This document shows positions 52,791 through 63,520 of a stretch of DNA of 64,000 bases, one piece after another. Position numbers and translations under genes: made by a program. The stretch's first letter is position 1. Every line of letters starts with the position of its first letter. Origin of the DNA: an uncultured Thermoanaerobaculia bacterium. GTDB lineage: Bacteria; Acidobacteriota; Thermoanaerobaculia; Thermoanaerobaculales; Sulfomarinibacteraceae. Where the stretch lies: positions 8,567 to 72,566 of the forward strand of contig CAYRFI010000002.1 of assembly GCA_964423595.1 (NCBI GenBank), given 5' to 3'. The notes under the pieces were generated by a model. It did not search any database and was not told where the DNA came from. It saw only the letters and a list, made by a program, of their open reading frames with translations.

Positions 52791-55700
52791 TCACCACTCC
52801 GGCACCGTCTCCCATCCGGGGAAGGGGCCGATCTCGACCTTCCAGCCGGTGTCGGAGGTCGGGTCGCGCACCGCCTGCAGGTTGGTCAGCGACCGCAGCT
52901 TCGCCAGCAGCTCGTCGTGTGGCAAAGTGTGGAGCGGCGGCTTGGAGAGGTCGGGCATGGGCCAGAGGCGAAGGGTCTTATCCTGGCCCGACGACGCGAT
53001 CCACCGAAGATCGGGAGAGATGGCAAGTCCGTCCACGGCACCCGCATGCCCGATGATCAGGTGGGGTTCGCCTCCATACATATTGCCGACCCAGATGAGA
53101 CCGTCATGCGTTCCCGTTGCCCACACCGTCCCCTCCGGATTCACGGCAACTGAGAAACGATTCTTTGGGAAATCCCTCCTCCGAATTTCCCCGGTCTTCA
53201 GGTCGCGGATATCGACGCTCCCCAGATTAGGTCCCTGTCCAACCACCTTCTGGGTGAACATTTTTCGCCGATCGGAAGTCACGAGCATCCCAATTGAACC
53301 GTTACGGGGTGCCTTGAGGACCTGCTCGTACGAGCCAGTTTCGATATCCCAACTGAGCAGGCCGTTCGCACCGGCGGTGTAGAGCGCGGTTTCGTCGACA
53401 AATGCGAGAAACCGTGCGGAGTACCCCTGGTATCCCTCGGGGTCCTTCGGTTGATCAAAGACCCTCACGTCGCCCGTCTGGAGGTCCCACACCCGCAGGG
53501 TCGCCTGGCCGTCCGAAATCATGCTCGCGGCCGCGACCAGGCGTCCGCTCGGCGAGAAGGCGCCCGCATGGACCAGGTCGTTGGCTGGAAAACCCTCGAG
53601 CCGGCGAGGTTCTCCCCCTCTCACGGAGAGCAGGTAGACGTGCTCGCCGTACCCCGTACTCAAGACCCGCTCCCCCTGGGGGTCGATCGTCACGGTGCGA
53701 AATCCCGATCGGGCATCCGGGGGAAACTCGAGGTCGACGACATCCCTGGACTCGTCGCCGGGAAGAGGCCACAGCCGCAGCTTCTTCGCCCATGAACGCT
53801 CCCCGGAGCCACGGTCCCCGGTGAGGATGTGGCGACCGTCTGGAGTGAACTCGAACACCCTCCAGCCGTCCCCGGAGTTCACCACGAACGGTCGCGGTGC
53901 CGAGAGCGGCCAGAAAGTAACCTCCCGGCGGTTGCCCGTGGTTGCTACGACCCAATCTCCCCCTGGGTGGTAGTCGGTTTGCGGAGCAATCCAGGGGTTG
54001 CTTCGTCGAAGGACCCAGGGGTTCGCGCCCGCGAGGCCTTCAAGATCCCACAGATGCAGCAGTGGGCCACCCGTCAGCTCTCAACCACCCAACGGCCGTT
54101 CGGGCCTGGCAGGAGGGAGCCTGTTGCGGTCTCCGGCGTGCGCACCCGTCGGCCCGGCACCAACCTCCCTCCGGCAGTGACCCACTGGATGACTTCGCCG
54201 TTACTGTCCCTTGAGAAGAGTCCTTTCGATCGTCTCCAGTGAGAGATCCCTATCCCGTCGGAGGAGTGGCGGCCAATCATCGTGTCGTGCTCCCCGCCTC
54301 CGGCTGGGAGCGGTCGGGAGTAAACGCAGTCGTCCTTGGCGTAGATCCATCCTCTTCCGCCAGGGTCGAAGGCCCAAGACGAGGCGCCGAGATCGGTCCA
54401 GTCGACCTCACCAAGTTCTTCCGGTCCGCCGTCCCGAAGACCCCAGGATCGCAGGCGGTATGTTCTGTGGCCAGACACTGGATCGGTTTCCGAAATACCA
54501 GCGAAGAGACGATCTCCCGTCACCTGCCAGTAACCACTGCCGCCCAGCTCGGTCTCCCGCACCAGGTGTCCCCCTGGCATCGACCAGACTCGGACCCGAT
54601 GCTCGGTCGGGTGGCCCGTGACCAGAAGGCCTTCGCGGCTCCACCCACACCGAATCGAGCCGGCTGCAGACACATCATGGCCTCCGAGCACGACCGGCTG
54701 TCCCCCACCTTCGCCGTAAATCAGCACGTACTCGTTGACAAGCCCCGACACCGCGAGCCACCGCCCGTCGGGGCTGAAGGTGGGCACCCAGAATTCCGGG
54801 TCCCCGGGTTGCCTCAGATCGAGCGCCAGGGCCGGCGGCCCAGCCCACAGCGCTCTCACTGCGAACATCCGCGCTTCCTCCGTGTCCGCGAGCTCGAGGC
54901 TCGTAGTGGCATAGGCCAGCGCCTCGGTCGGGCCTTCGTCGATTTGAACCTCGGCGAGGGCGAGGAGTTTGGAGGCCTCGGCTCGGCGGGTCTCCTGCAC
55001 GCTGCGGCGCCACAGAGTGCCAAAGACCGCCGCGAGCACGATCGCGAGGGCGAGAGCGGAGGTGGCCGCGATTCGCCGCCTCCGCGCACGGCGCTTCGCG
55101 GAGTGGCTCATGGCGGCGGCAAAGTCCTCCTCGACTTCGGTGAGACCTCCTGGATAGCGCTCGCGCCACATCTCGAACTCTCGGAAGGCGGACCCGGTCC
55201 ACAACAGATCATCAGTGCGGTCTCGCTCCTCCCAGGTGCAGGCGGCCTGCCGAAGCTGGTCGCGGAGCTGTGCGGCATCCACATCCTGGGTCTGCCAGCG
55301 AACGAGGCGGGGCCAGGATGAAAGCAGCGACTCGTGCACGACCTCGATACGACGGCGACCGTCGCCCTCGACGTCCTCCTCCTCGAAGGAGGTCAGGAGG
55401 CGGGCATCAACCAGGCGCCGTAGCACGGTTGCCGCGTCCATGCGTTGCGCTTCGGGGAAGACCGAAAGCAGCTCGTCCCACTCACGCACCGCACGAGTAC
55501 CCTCGAACGTGACCAGGTTTCGGAAAATCTCGCGCACGATCGGGAGGCGCTCAGGGCCGATGGCCGTGAGGGTCGTCTCGGCATGGCGCCCAAGCGCGCC
55601 GCCGACACCACCGATCTCCTCGTAGGCCCGATTCGTCAAGAGCTTACGGTCGCGATCCCGTCCTTCCCAAAGGCGCGACACCGCGAATGCGAGCATCGGC

Positions 55701-56827
55701 AGCGCTCCCCGCTCACCCTCGACCTGGGCGATCATCTCTCCGGGGAGGCCCCCGTTTTCGAATGCGAAGCCGAGACGTCGCGCCGGCTCCACCAGTGCAC
55801 GAAGCAACGGCTCCCGCAACGGGGGACCAAGGAGGGTTAGCTCGTCGAGGATCGGCGCCAGGGGCGGGTAGTCGTGGATGTGAAAGAGGAAATCGTCGCG
55901 CATCGCGAGCAGCACGTGAACGTCGGAATCATCGGCAAGCCGGCGAAGAAACTCGGAGAATCCTGCCTGGTTGTCTGATGGGTTGAGGGTGAAGAGTTCT
56001 TCAAACTGGTCAAGGATGAGCAGTGCCTGCGCATGGCGGTCCCGCCAACGCGAAACCATCGCGACCGCTCGATCACCGTCGCGGATGTCCACCAGCTGCG
56101 CCGTCGCCTCGATGTCACCGGCAAACTCCGGCACCAGCGCGCGCGCCAAGGCGGCGAACGGCGCCTCGCCCGGTTAGCAGAACAGGACACCCCAGCCCTC
56201 GGGTTTGGCTGGGATCACCCCCGCCCTCAAAAACGAGCTCTTCCCCACCCCGGACGGGCCAATGATCGCGAGAAGCCTTCGCGAGGTGAGCTTGCGCCAC
56301 ATCTTCGCGACCTCGTCCTCGCGGCCGAAGAAGAACTCGGCGTCTGCTTCGGTGAAGGCGGCGAGACCGGGGTAGGGGCTGTGGTCGTCCTCCGATACCG
56401 GTATTTCGGGAACCGGGAACCTCGCGACCTTGGAAACTGCTGCGTCATCGGAAACCGCTGGCTTCACCGGTGCGATCAGGCGGTAGCCCCGCCGGTGGAT
56501 GGTCTCGATGAACGAGGGATTTCTTGCATCGTCGCCCAAAGCGTTTCTGAGTTCCGTGATGGCGTGGGTCAGTGTATTGTCCGAGATGAATTCGGTCGCC
56601 CAGACCTGATCGATGATCTCCTGCCTGGTGACGACCTCTCCAGCCCGCTCGGCCAGGCACACCAACACATCCATCACCTTGAGCTCGAGCTGGATCGTCA
56701 TGTCACCTCGCGAGAGACGGTTCAGCGACGGCTCGACAAACCATTCGTGGACACGAAAGGACCCTCCAGCCGGAACGGCAGGTTTGATTGTCTGCGACAC
56801 CTCGCGACGAGTGTATGCGATACCCAA
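52791..56827 (-). pseudogene. wHTH (CadC/OmpR-type) - STAND P-loop NTPase - TM - WD40/beta-propeller giant gene, disrupted by TAA (56174-56176) and a frameshift near 54077-54083
   Basis: Three tracked ORFs (56174-56827, 54074-56149, 52791-53885) join into one protein: ...RRGYRLIAPV...YPGLAAFTEADAEFFFGREDE...IIGPSGVGKSSFLRAGVIP...GWGVLFC*PGEAPFAALARAL...; a TM helix; WD-like repeats ...PNGRWVVES/TGGPLLHLWDLEG...TLRLWPMPD...PFPGWETVPEW. Confidence 0.8.
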
Positions 56828-56958
56828 GGAGTTGGCTACGAAGCACTTCAGTACAGGAAGAACCGGCTCGCCACAGAGGGAACAATATCGAGTGGCGCCT
56901 GGAACCGCCCTTGACAGGTGTCGCAGGGCGGAGTATTTTTGGAATTAGTAATTCCGAA

Positions 56959-58128
56959 ATGAGCGGAAAAATGGAATATCAACCTCGCTTTTTTCATCCG
57001 CCCGAGCAGAGCTTCTTCCTCTTCGGGCCTCGCGGCACGGGCAAGTCGAGTTGGATAGAGCACACGTATTCGAAGGCCCTTGTTGTCGATCTCTTGAAAC
57101 CAGATGTCTTTCGCGAGATGAGCGCCCGCCCCGAACGGCTCTCAGAGCTGGTTTTGGCCAATAAAGAGCGAGGCCCCGTCGTCATCGACGAGGTCCAGCG
57201 CGTCCCCGAATTGCTCAACGTTGTCCACGATCTCATCGAACGCCACCCCGGTCTCCTGTTCGTGTTGACCGGATCGAGTGCCCGCAAGCTCCGGCGCGGC
57301 GGCGTGGATCTATTGGCCGGGCGAGCGCTGCTTCGATCCCTGCATCCATTCATGGCCGCCGAGCTGTCGTCCTTCAGCCTGGATGCGGCTCTGGTGGACG
57401 GGCTCCTGCCGGTGGTGGTGGCGGCGCCACGGCCCGCGGATGTTTTGAGGGCCTACGCCACGCTCTATCTCGAGGAGGAGGTGCGTCTCGAGGGATGGGC
57501 TCGAAACGTCGGCAGCTTCGCCCGCTTTCTCGAGGCGATCAGTTTTTCGCATGCCGCCGTGCTCAACGTCAGCAACGTCGCCCGCGAGTGTCAGATCGAA
57601 CGCAAGACTGTGGCGGGCTACATCGAGGTGCTCGAGGATCTTCTGCTTTCTTTTCGTCTTCCGGTCTTCGCCCGGCGGGCGCGGCGGCGAACATCGGCAC
57701 ACCCCAAGTTCTTTCTCTTCGACGCAGGCGTGTATCGTTCGCTGCGTCCAAAAGGACCTCTCGATCGCGCTGAGGAGATTGACGGCTGCGCCTTCGAGGG
57801 CCTGGTTGCCCAGCATCTGCGTGCGTGGATCGCTTATTCTGGACGGGACTGCCAGCTCTATTACTGGCGGACCCGTGCCGGAGTCGAGGTCGACTTCATC
57901 GTCTACGGCGACGAGGGATTCTGGGCGGTTGAGGTGAAGAATACGGCGACCGTGAGGTCGAGCGATCTCAAGGCCCTCAAGGGATTTTGCGATGACTATC
58001 CCGAGTGCGAGCCGGTCTTTGTCTATCGAGGTGACCGACGGCTGCTCATCGACGGTGTCCTGTGCGTGCCCGGAGACGAGTTCTTGCGGAACATGAGGCC
58101 TGATCGAGGCCTGACCGAGTTCGGATAA
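56959..58128 (+). CDS. AAA-family ATPase with DUF4143-type C-terminal domain
   Basis: Walker A FGPRGTGKSS, Walker B VVIDEVQ, then a C-terminal region ending in a restriction-endonuclease-like YYWRTRAGVEVDFIV...VEVK pattern. Confidence 0.75.
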   Translation: MSGKMEYQPRFFHPPEQSFFLFGPRGTGKSSWIEHTYSKALVVDLLKPDVFREMSARPERLSELVLANKERGPVVIDEVQRVPELLNVVHDLIERHPGLLFVLTGSSARKLRRGGVDLLAGRALLRSLHPFMAAELSSFSLDAALVDGLLPVVVAAPRPADVLRAYATLYLEEEVRLEGWARNVGSFARFLEAISFSHAAVLNVSNVARECQIERKTVAGYIEVLEDLLLSFRLPVFARRARRRTSAHPKFFLFDAGVYRSLRPKGPLDRAEEIDGCAFEGLVAQHLRAWIAYSGRDCQLYYWRTRAGVEVDFIVYGDEGFWAVEVKNTATVRSSDLKALKGFCDDYPECEPVFVYRGDRRLLIDGVLCVPGDEFLRNMRPDRGLTEFG

Positions 58129-58230
58129 ACCCTTCAGCTACCACGTCGGAACTGTCTCCCACCCCGGGGAACGGTCCAACCTCGGAAGACATGTTGAAAA
58201 AATACGTGAGGCGATCGATCCCTGATGCGA

Positions 58231-58259
58231 AGAAAAAGGCCCGTGTGAGGAGCACGGGC
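58231..58259 (-). terminator. Rho-independent terminator of the 58369-58926 gene
   Basis: Minus strand reads GCCCGTG-CTCCTCA-CACGGGC followed by CTTTTTCT. Confidence 0.65.
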
Positions 58260-58350
58260 AAAGAGTAGGAGGTAATGACCGCCGGCTGGGCCTTTCGGCC
58301 CGGGAAACCAGGGCAGGCGTCCTACCGGCGGAGCGAAACCATGAAACCCT

Positions 58351-58363
58351 GTGAGATATGCGC
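58351..58363. repeat. Solo copy of the IS/MITE terminus
   Basis: GTGAGATATGCGC. On the minus strand, GCGCATATCTCACAGGGTTTC lies 5 nt after the stop codon TGA (58369-58371). Confidence 0.5.
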
Positions 58364-58368
58364 TTCGG

Positions 58369-58926
58369 TCAGAACCGGCATTTCTTGCCGACCATGGTGT
58401 TGATTTCGAGCGAGGTCATGCCTCTGCGATCGAGCGGCTTCTCGGAGAGCCCGGCGTGATGCAGCGCCTCGTGGACCACGAACATCGCGGCGCGCTCGTC
58501 GGAGAGCCGCGAGAACTCCGGGCAAATGAAGGTCGATTTGGCGCCGACCTTGGTGTAGGCGGCAGCCTGGCGGCAGATTCCGTCTTTTCGGTTGCGGGGG
58601 CTGACCGGAATGTAGAGAGTCGAGTTCAACATCTCTTTGCCGTCGGCGCCGAGCCCGGAGAACAAATCGCCGCACTCTTCGACCTCGTCGATCCGCTCCA
58701 GTGCGATCCGCACGGCAGACTCCAATTTTTCTCTCACGTCTGCGGAGATCTTCGGGTGGATCCAGGCTCCGACTGGCGCTTCGCCCCCGACCGCACCGGC
58801 GGCGACAGCCGTGGTCACAGTAGCGGCAGCAACTCCAGCAGACGCTTCGATGCTGTCCGCCGCCCAAGCCCCGCCCGCGGAGATCACAACCACACACACA
58901 CATCCAACGATCAGTCTCGCGTTCAT
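58369..58926 (-). CDS. Secreted protein with HExxH motif
   Basis: Signal peptide MNARLIVGCVCVVVISAGGAWA, several Cys, VVHEALHHAG near the C-terminus. Confidence 0.55.
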   Translation of the reverse strand: MNARLIVGCVCVVVISAGGAWAADSIEASAGVAAATVTTAVAAGAVGGEAPVGAWIHPKISADVREKLESAVRIALERIDEVEECGDLFSGLGADGKEMLNSTLYIPVSPRNRKDGICRQAAAYTKVGAKSTFICPEFSRLSDERAAMFVVHEALHHAGLSEKPLDRRGMTSLEINTMVGKKCRF

Positions 58927-59148
58927 AGGTGCCTCCCCTCGGGGAGGCGGACACCCACGAGCTGCGCGCACCTCGGCTGCGACGCGGTTTCGTGAACGCC
59001 GAAATATGGTCCGTGGTGTGTTGCCGCCTGCCCCATGCCGACACGATCGGGCTCGGCGGCGCGTAAGTAATGAAGCTACAGTGGCTTAGTTGTGGGGGTT
59101 TTGTGGGGAATCAAGAAGGCGCGAAACGTGGGAATGTTTCAACGTCCC

Positions 59149-59257
59149 GGAGTTTTGAGTATTGAGTTATTGGCCCCCCGACAATAATCCCCGGGCGGAG
59201 AGGAGTCTGGTCGGGAAATCAAAAATTCGAAATTCGGAATTCGAAATCAGAAAATGA
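59149..59257. repeat. Intergenic heptad-array element, copy 4
   Basis: Left GGAGTTT TGAGTAT TGAGTTA. GC core. Right AAATCAA AAATTCG AAATTCG GAATTCG AAATCAG AAAATGA. Confidence 0.7.
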
Positions 59258-59315
59258 GACGTGGTCGCCGAGTCGGAGATTCCATGCGAGTGTTCTACAC
59301 TGTTGAATCGTGACT

Positions 59316-61139
59316 ATGGAACGCTTCGGGAAATACATCCTCGTCGACAAGATCTCCTCGGGGGGCATGGCCGACGTCTATCGGGCCAAGGTCCTCGGGA
59401 TCCGAGGTTTCACCAAGACGGTGGCCATCAAACGCATCCACCCCCACCTGCTCGAGCGAACGCGGTTTTTACGAATGTTCACCGACGAGGCGAAGATCGC
59501 CTCCCGCCTGGTCCATCCCAACATCGTCCAGATCTACGACCTCGGCGAGGCCGGAGGAACGCCCTACATCGCAATGGAGTACGTTGCCGGGCGCGACCTC
59601 TTTCGGGTCCTGCAGCGGCTCGGATCGCTCGACCGGAGGTGTCCGTGGCGGCTGGCGACGAGGATCGTCAATGAGGTCTGCACCGGCCTGCATTTCGCGC
59701 ACGACTTCCGTTCTCCCGACGGACAACCACAGGAGATCGTCCACCGCGACGTCAGCCCTCGCAACATCATCATCACCTACAACGGCGAGGTGAAGCTGAC
59801 CGACTTCGGCGTCGCACGGGCGCGCGACCGTGAGGAGCACACCGAGCACGGGATCATCAAGGGCAAAGTCCGCTACCTGAGCCCGGAGGCGGCTTACGCC
59901 AAGCATGTCGATCGCCGCTCGGATCTCTTCTCGCTCGGCATCGTCTTCGGCGAGATGCTGTTAATGGCTCCTCTGCGCACCGGCGACAACGAGATGGCCA
60001 TGCTGCTCGACATTCGCAAGGGTGAGTTCGACCGCAAACGGTTCAACGCCATTCCAAAATCACTGCGGTCGGTCCTTAACCGCGCCCTCGAGGTCGAGAG
60101 GGACGATCGCTATCCCACCGCACTCGAGTTTGCTGAGGACCTCGAGGGCAAGTGCGACGAAAACTCGAAACCGATGAGCGAGGCCGAGGTCGCGACCTTC
60201 ATGCACTCGCTCTTCGCCGAGGACATCGAACGCGAAAAGGTGCGGGACGAAGAGGTCGAGCGAGAGCTCAGAGAGACCTCCGACCAAGACGAGGAATTGC
60301 CACGACCGGTCGCCGCCGCTACTCCGAAGGCTCCTGCCGGAAGCCTCAAGAACCCGCTCAATATTTTCGCCGCCCGTGGCGCCGGACCGGTGGCGGTACC
60401 GGCACTCGATGCCATGGACCGACGGCCGCCGAAGGCAACCCGGGAAGGCCTGTTGCACGAAACCTCCTTGTGCCGCGTTCTCCACCAGATCGCGGACGGA
60501 ACGGTCACCGGCGTTCTCGACCTTCACCGCGAACCAGTCAAGAAGTCGATTGATTTCGAAAATGGGAACCCCGTCTTCGCCGACTCCAACGTCGAGAGCG
60601 AGCTCTTCGGCGAGCACCTCGTGGCGCAGGGCATTCTCTCCCGAGAGCAACACGGCGAGACCCTCGATTTTGCCGCCCGGAAAGGGCTTCGTTTTACCGA
60701 AGCGCTGCTCGCCCTCAACGCGTGCACGCCGAATGTTCTCTTCCAGCAGCTCGGCGGCCAGGTTCGGAACCGCATCCTCGATCTCTTCAGCTGGATCACC
60801 GGATCGTTCTTCCTGTACGTCGACGCGCCCATCACCCAGAGCGGTCTCCCGTTGAATCTGCGCACCCACACTCTGATCCACGAAGGTGTACAGGAACGGT
60901 TGCCGCTGGTCGTGATTCGACGTTTCATGGAGGGCCGGATGGGGCAGACCGTGCTTCGGGTCCCAGGCTCGATCCCCGCCGACCTCCAGCTGTCCGGCCG
61001 CCAGCAGCGGATCCTCCGCACCATCGAGGCCGAGGAGACCACGGTCGAAGAGCTGGTCCGGCTCGAGAAGGACGAGGAGTGGCTGCTGCGGCTGCTCTTC
61101 ATGCTGCACGAGATCCAAAGGGTCGTTTTCCGGGATTGA
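59316..61139 (+). CDS. Ser/Thr protein kinase with C-terminal DUF4388-like domain
   Basis: GGMADVYRA...AIKRI, HRDVSPRNII, LTDFGVA, YLSPE. C-terminal GVLDLHREPVKKSIDFENGNPVFADSN. Start is ATG 59316 or GTG 59310. Confidence 0.85.
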   Translation: MERFGKYILVDKISSGGMADVYRAKVLGIRGFTKTVAIKRIHPHLLERTRFLRMFTDEAKIASRLVHPNIVQIYDLGEAGGTPYIAMEYVAGRDLFRVLQRLGSLDRRCPWRLATRIVNEVCTGLHFAHDFRSPDGQPQEIVHRDVSPRNIIITYNGEVKLTDFGVARARDREEHTEHGIIKGKVRYLSPEAAYAKHVDRRSDLFSLGIVFGEMLLMAPLRTGDNEMAMLLDIRKGEFDRKRFNAIPKSLRSVLNRALEVERDDRYPTALEFAEDLEGKCDENSKPMSEAEVATFMHSLFAEDIEREKVRDEEVERELRETSDQDEELPRPVAAATPKAPAGSLKNPLNIFAARGAGPVAVPALDAMDRRPPKATREGLLHETSLCRVLHQIADGTVTGVLDLHREPVKKSIDFENGNPVFADSNVESELFGEHLVAQGILSREQHGETLDFAARKGLRFTEALLALNACTPNVLFQQLGGQVRNRILDLFSWITGSFFLYVDAPITQSGLPLNLRTHTLIHEGVQERLPLVVIRRFMEGRMGQTVLRVPGSIPADLQLSGRQQRILRTIEAEETTVEELVRLEKDEEWLLRLLFMLHEIQRVVFRD

Positions 61140-61281
61140 TTGGTCGTCTCGACCTTTTTTGATCCGCAGAGAACGGGATAAACTCGCACACCTCAGCCCA
61201 CTCGTCTTTCTCTGCGGTTCAAAAAAGGTGAATGGCATATATTTGACGGCGGCAGAACCATCGTGAGGTGAGGGAACTGGT

Positions 61282-63417
61282 TTGGCGCAAGGCAGGAAAC
61301 CTGTCGTCTGGTTGGCCACGGCGATCATCCTGTGGCTTGTCGCCGGGGCAGTCGACCGCCGGACCGAGGTCGAGATCTTCTCCAGCGGTGGCCAGCTCCA
61401 CCTCCAGGTCGCCGGTACGACCGTGTCGGCGCCGATCGCCATCGAGCTCCTGACCGCGGTCGAAATCCGCGCGATGGACTCCATCGATCCTCCCGGGGGC
61501 GGCCGGATCACCATCACGAGCGACCGCGGTGAGGTCGCCAGCGAGCGCCTCCCACGCCGTTTTCGCTTGCCAACCGGTGCGGTCACGCCGGTCGGCGATT
61601 GGCAGCTCGATGATTTCGCCGGCCGGGGACAGGTGTGGAGGCGCCCACTGGTAGTGAGCGGACCGTTCACCGTCAACGCGACCTTCCGGGGGCGCTTCCA
61701 CTACGATCTCGAGGTCGTGTTGCGCGGCGTGCCGACGGCCTCCGTTGCCATTCGGCGGGGGCTGATGAACCACGACGCCTTCATCCGTTCGGCCGACGGC
61801 ACGACGCTTGCCGTCACCAGCATCGACCCGACCCCCGCGGCCGACCTGGGGGCGACCGCCGCCACGCTTCTGCGGGCGGCGGCTCTCGCCTCTCTCCTGA
61901 TCGCTTTTTTCGCCCTCTTCGAATTCATATGCCGTCCGTCACCGAAGGCCGCCGCCGCGCGACGATGGAAGGCAACGCCGTGGGCCGCAGCGCTTGCAGT
62001 AGCCGCGGTCGTCCTTTCGCTCTGGGTGGCGCGAGACGTGCTCGAGGGCCTGCCCCACGTGCCGGATTCCGTCACCTACCTCCTGCAGGCGCGGTGGCTT
62101 CTCGCCGGAGATCTCTGGGGAACGGTTTCGGCCTTCCAGGATCACCTCGACGTGCCTTACACCTACGTCGTCGGCGCGCGATGGCTGGGACACTATCCGC
62201 CCGGCTGGCCGCTCCTCCTGTCGATCGGCCTCGCCGTCGGCGCGCCCTGGCTGGTTGCCCCGATCCTCGGTGGACTCTTCGTGATGCTCCTCTACCTTGC
62301 GGGCCGCGAGCTCGACGGACCGGTCACCGGTCTCCTCGCCGCAATTCTCGGTGTGCTGTCACCGATGGTTCGGCTGATCTTCGGCAGTCTCTTGTCCCAC
62401 GCGGCGGCCGCCACGCTGATCCTCGCCGGGCTGTGGCTGTTTTTGGCGGCACGACGGCTCAAGACCTTGCCGCCGGCCGCCCTCTCCGGGATGGCCTTCG
62501 GCCTCGCCTTCGGTATCCGGCCGCTGTCGGCGGTGGCCTCGGCGATTCCGCTCGCCGCCGTGTTCGTCGGCGACCTGATGGCCCATCGTGACCGCGATTC
62601 GCGCTACCGCGTCGCCGGTTGGTTTCTCGGCGGGACCGTCGCAGTACTGCCGACCCTCGCCGCCAATCACCTCATCACCGGCAGCGCCCTGACCTTCCCG
62701 TACTCACTGGCGCGAGGATCCATGTACCTCGCCGCCAACATCCCGTTCGGAATCCGCAACATCGACGTGCTCTCCTACTCCGCCGGCAGCATGCTCCACG
62801 GCTGGGGCTGGCCGCAGTTCCACGGTCCGTTCTGGGTCGCGCTTGCGTTCGCCTTCGCCCTGGTGCCGTTTCTGCTGCGACGACACACCTCCAACGATGT
62901 GCTGCTGGCGGCGATTGTCGGATCGGTGATGGTGGCCTTGCTCGGCAGCCGCGGCCACGGACTGCACGGTTTCGGTCCGCGCTATCTCTTCGAGGTCTTC
63001 GCTCCTCTCTTGCTGCTCACCGCACGAGGCTTTGTTGAGCTTGCACGACAGAGGTTTGAAGGGCGCGAGGTGGAGCGCCGCGTCCACATCGCCGCTTCCG
63101 CGTTGCTCTTCATCATCCTCTGCGGCACCGCGGCAATGGCCCTCCCCCAGCGGCTCGGCCTCTACCGCGGCTACAACGGTGTCGATAGCTCCCTTGAACA
63201 CGAGGTCGCCGCGGCGGGGCTCGAACGGGCGATGGTTCTCCTGCCGCCCGATGATTGGCGCGGTTGGGCGATGGCGGCGCGGTTATTTGATCCCGATCCC
63301 GAGGCGGACCTCTTGTTCATCCAGGCGGAGCCGGATGACCCGGCGATTCCTGAGATCGCCGGCAATCGACCGATTTACGCCTGGCGGGACGGGCGGTTGG
63401 AGCTTCTCACGCCGTGA
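61282..63417 (+). CDS. Polytopic membrane protein, GT-C (ArnT/PMT_2-like) glycosyltransferase candidate
   Basis: N-terminal TM plus a soluble segment of about 170 aa, then about 10 TM helices with a loop PHVPDSVTYLLQARW. TTG start. Confidence 0.45.
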   Translation: MAQGRKPVVWLATAIILWLVAGAVDRRTEVEIFSSGGQLHLQVAGTTVSAPIAIELLTAVEIRAMDSIDPPGGGRITITSDRGEVASERLPRRFRLPTGAVTPVGDWQLDDFAGRGQVWRRPLVVSGPFTVNATFRGRFHYDLEVVLRGVPTASVAIRRGLMNHDAFIRSADGTTLAVTSIDPTPAADLGATAATLLRAAALASLLIAFFALFEFICRPSPKAAAARRWKATPWAAALAVAAVVLSLWVARDVLEGLPHVPDSVTYLLQARWLLAGDLWGTVSAFQDHLDVPYTYVVGARWLGHYPPGWPLLLSIGLAVGAPWLVAPILGGLFVMLLYLAGRELDGPVTGLLAAILGVLSPMVRLIFGSLLSHAAAATLILAGLWLFLAARRLKTLPPAALSGMAFGLAFGIRPLSAVASAIPLAAVFVGDLMAHRDRDSRYRVAGWFLGGTVAVLPTLAANHLITGSALTFPYSLARGSMYLAANIPFGIRNIDVLSYSAGSMLHGWGWPQFHGPFWVALAFAFALVPFLLRRHTSNDVLLAAIVGSVMVALLGSRGHGLHGFGPRYLFEVFAPLLLLTARGFVELARQRFEGREVERRVHIAASALLFIILCGTAAMALPQRLGLYRGYNGVDSSLEHEVAAAGLERAMVLLPPDDWRGWAMAARLFDPDPEADLLFIQAEPDDPAIPEIAGNRPIYAWRDGRLELLTP

Positions 63418-63420
63418 GAA

Positions 63421-63520
63421 GCAAGATCCGGGGTTCGCGACGGGGCCCGTTCGAGATGAAACGCAAGATCCGGGGCTCACGAGAGGGCCGTTCGAGATGT
63501 AACGCAAGATCCGGGGCTCA
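63421..63520. repeat. 2.4 copies of a 41-42-bp tandem repeat
   Basis: Units start at 63421, 63463 and 63504: GCAAGATCCGGGG(T/C)TC(G/A)CGA..GGGCCGTTCGAGATG(A/T)AAC. Confidence 0.8.

Noticed and set aside
63421-63520. Possible CRISPR array suggested by regularly spaced GCAAGATCCGGGG repeats.
   Set aside because: Only about 2.4 units are present, and the sequence between the repeated cores is itself repeated, so there are no unique spacers. No cas genes are in the window. This is a tandem repeat.
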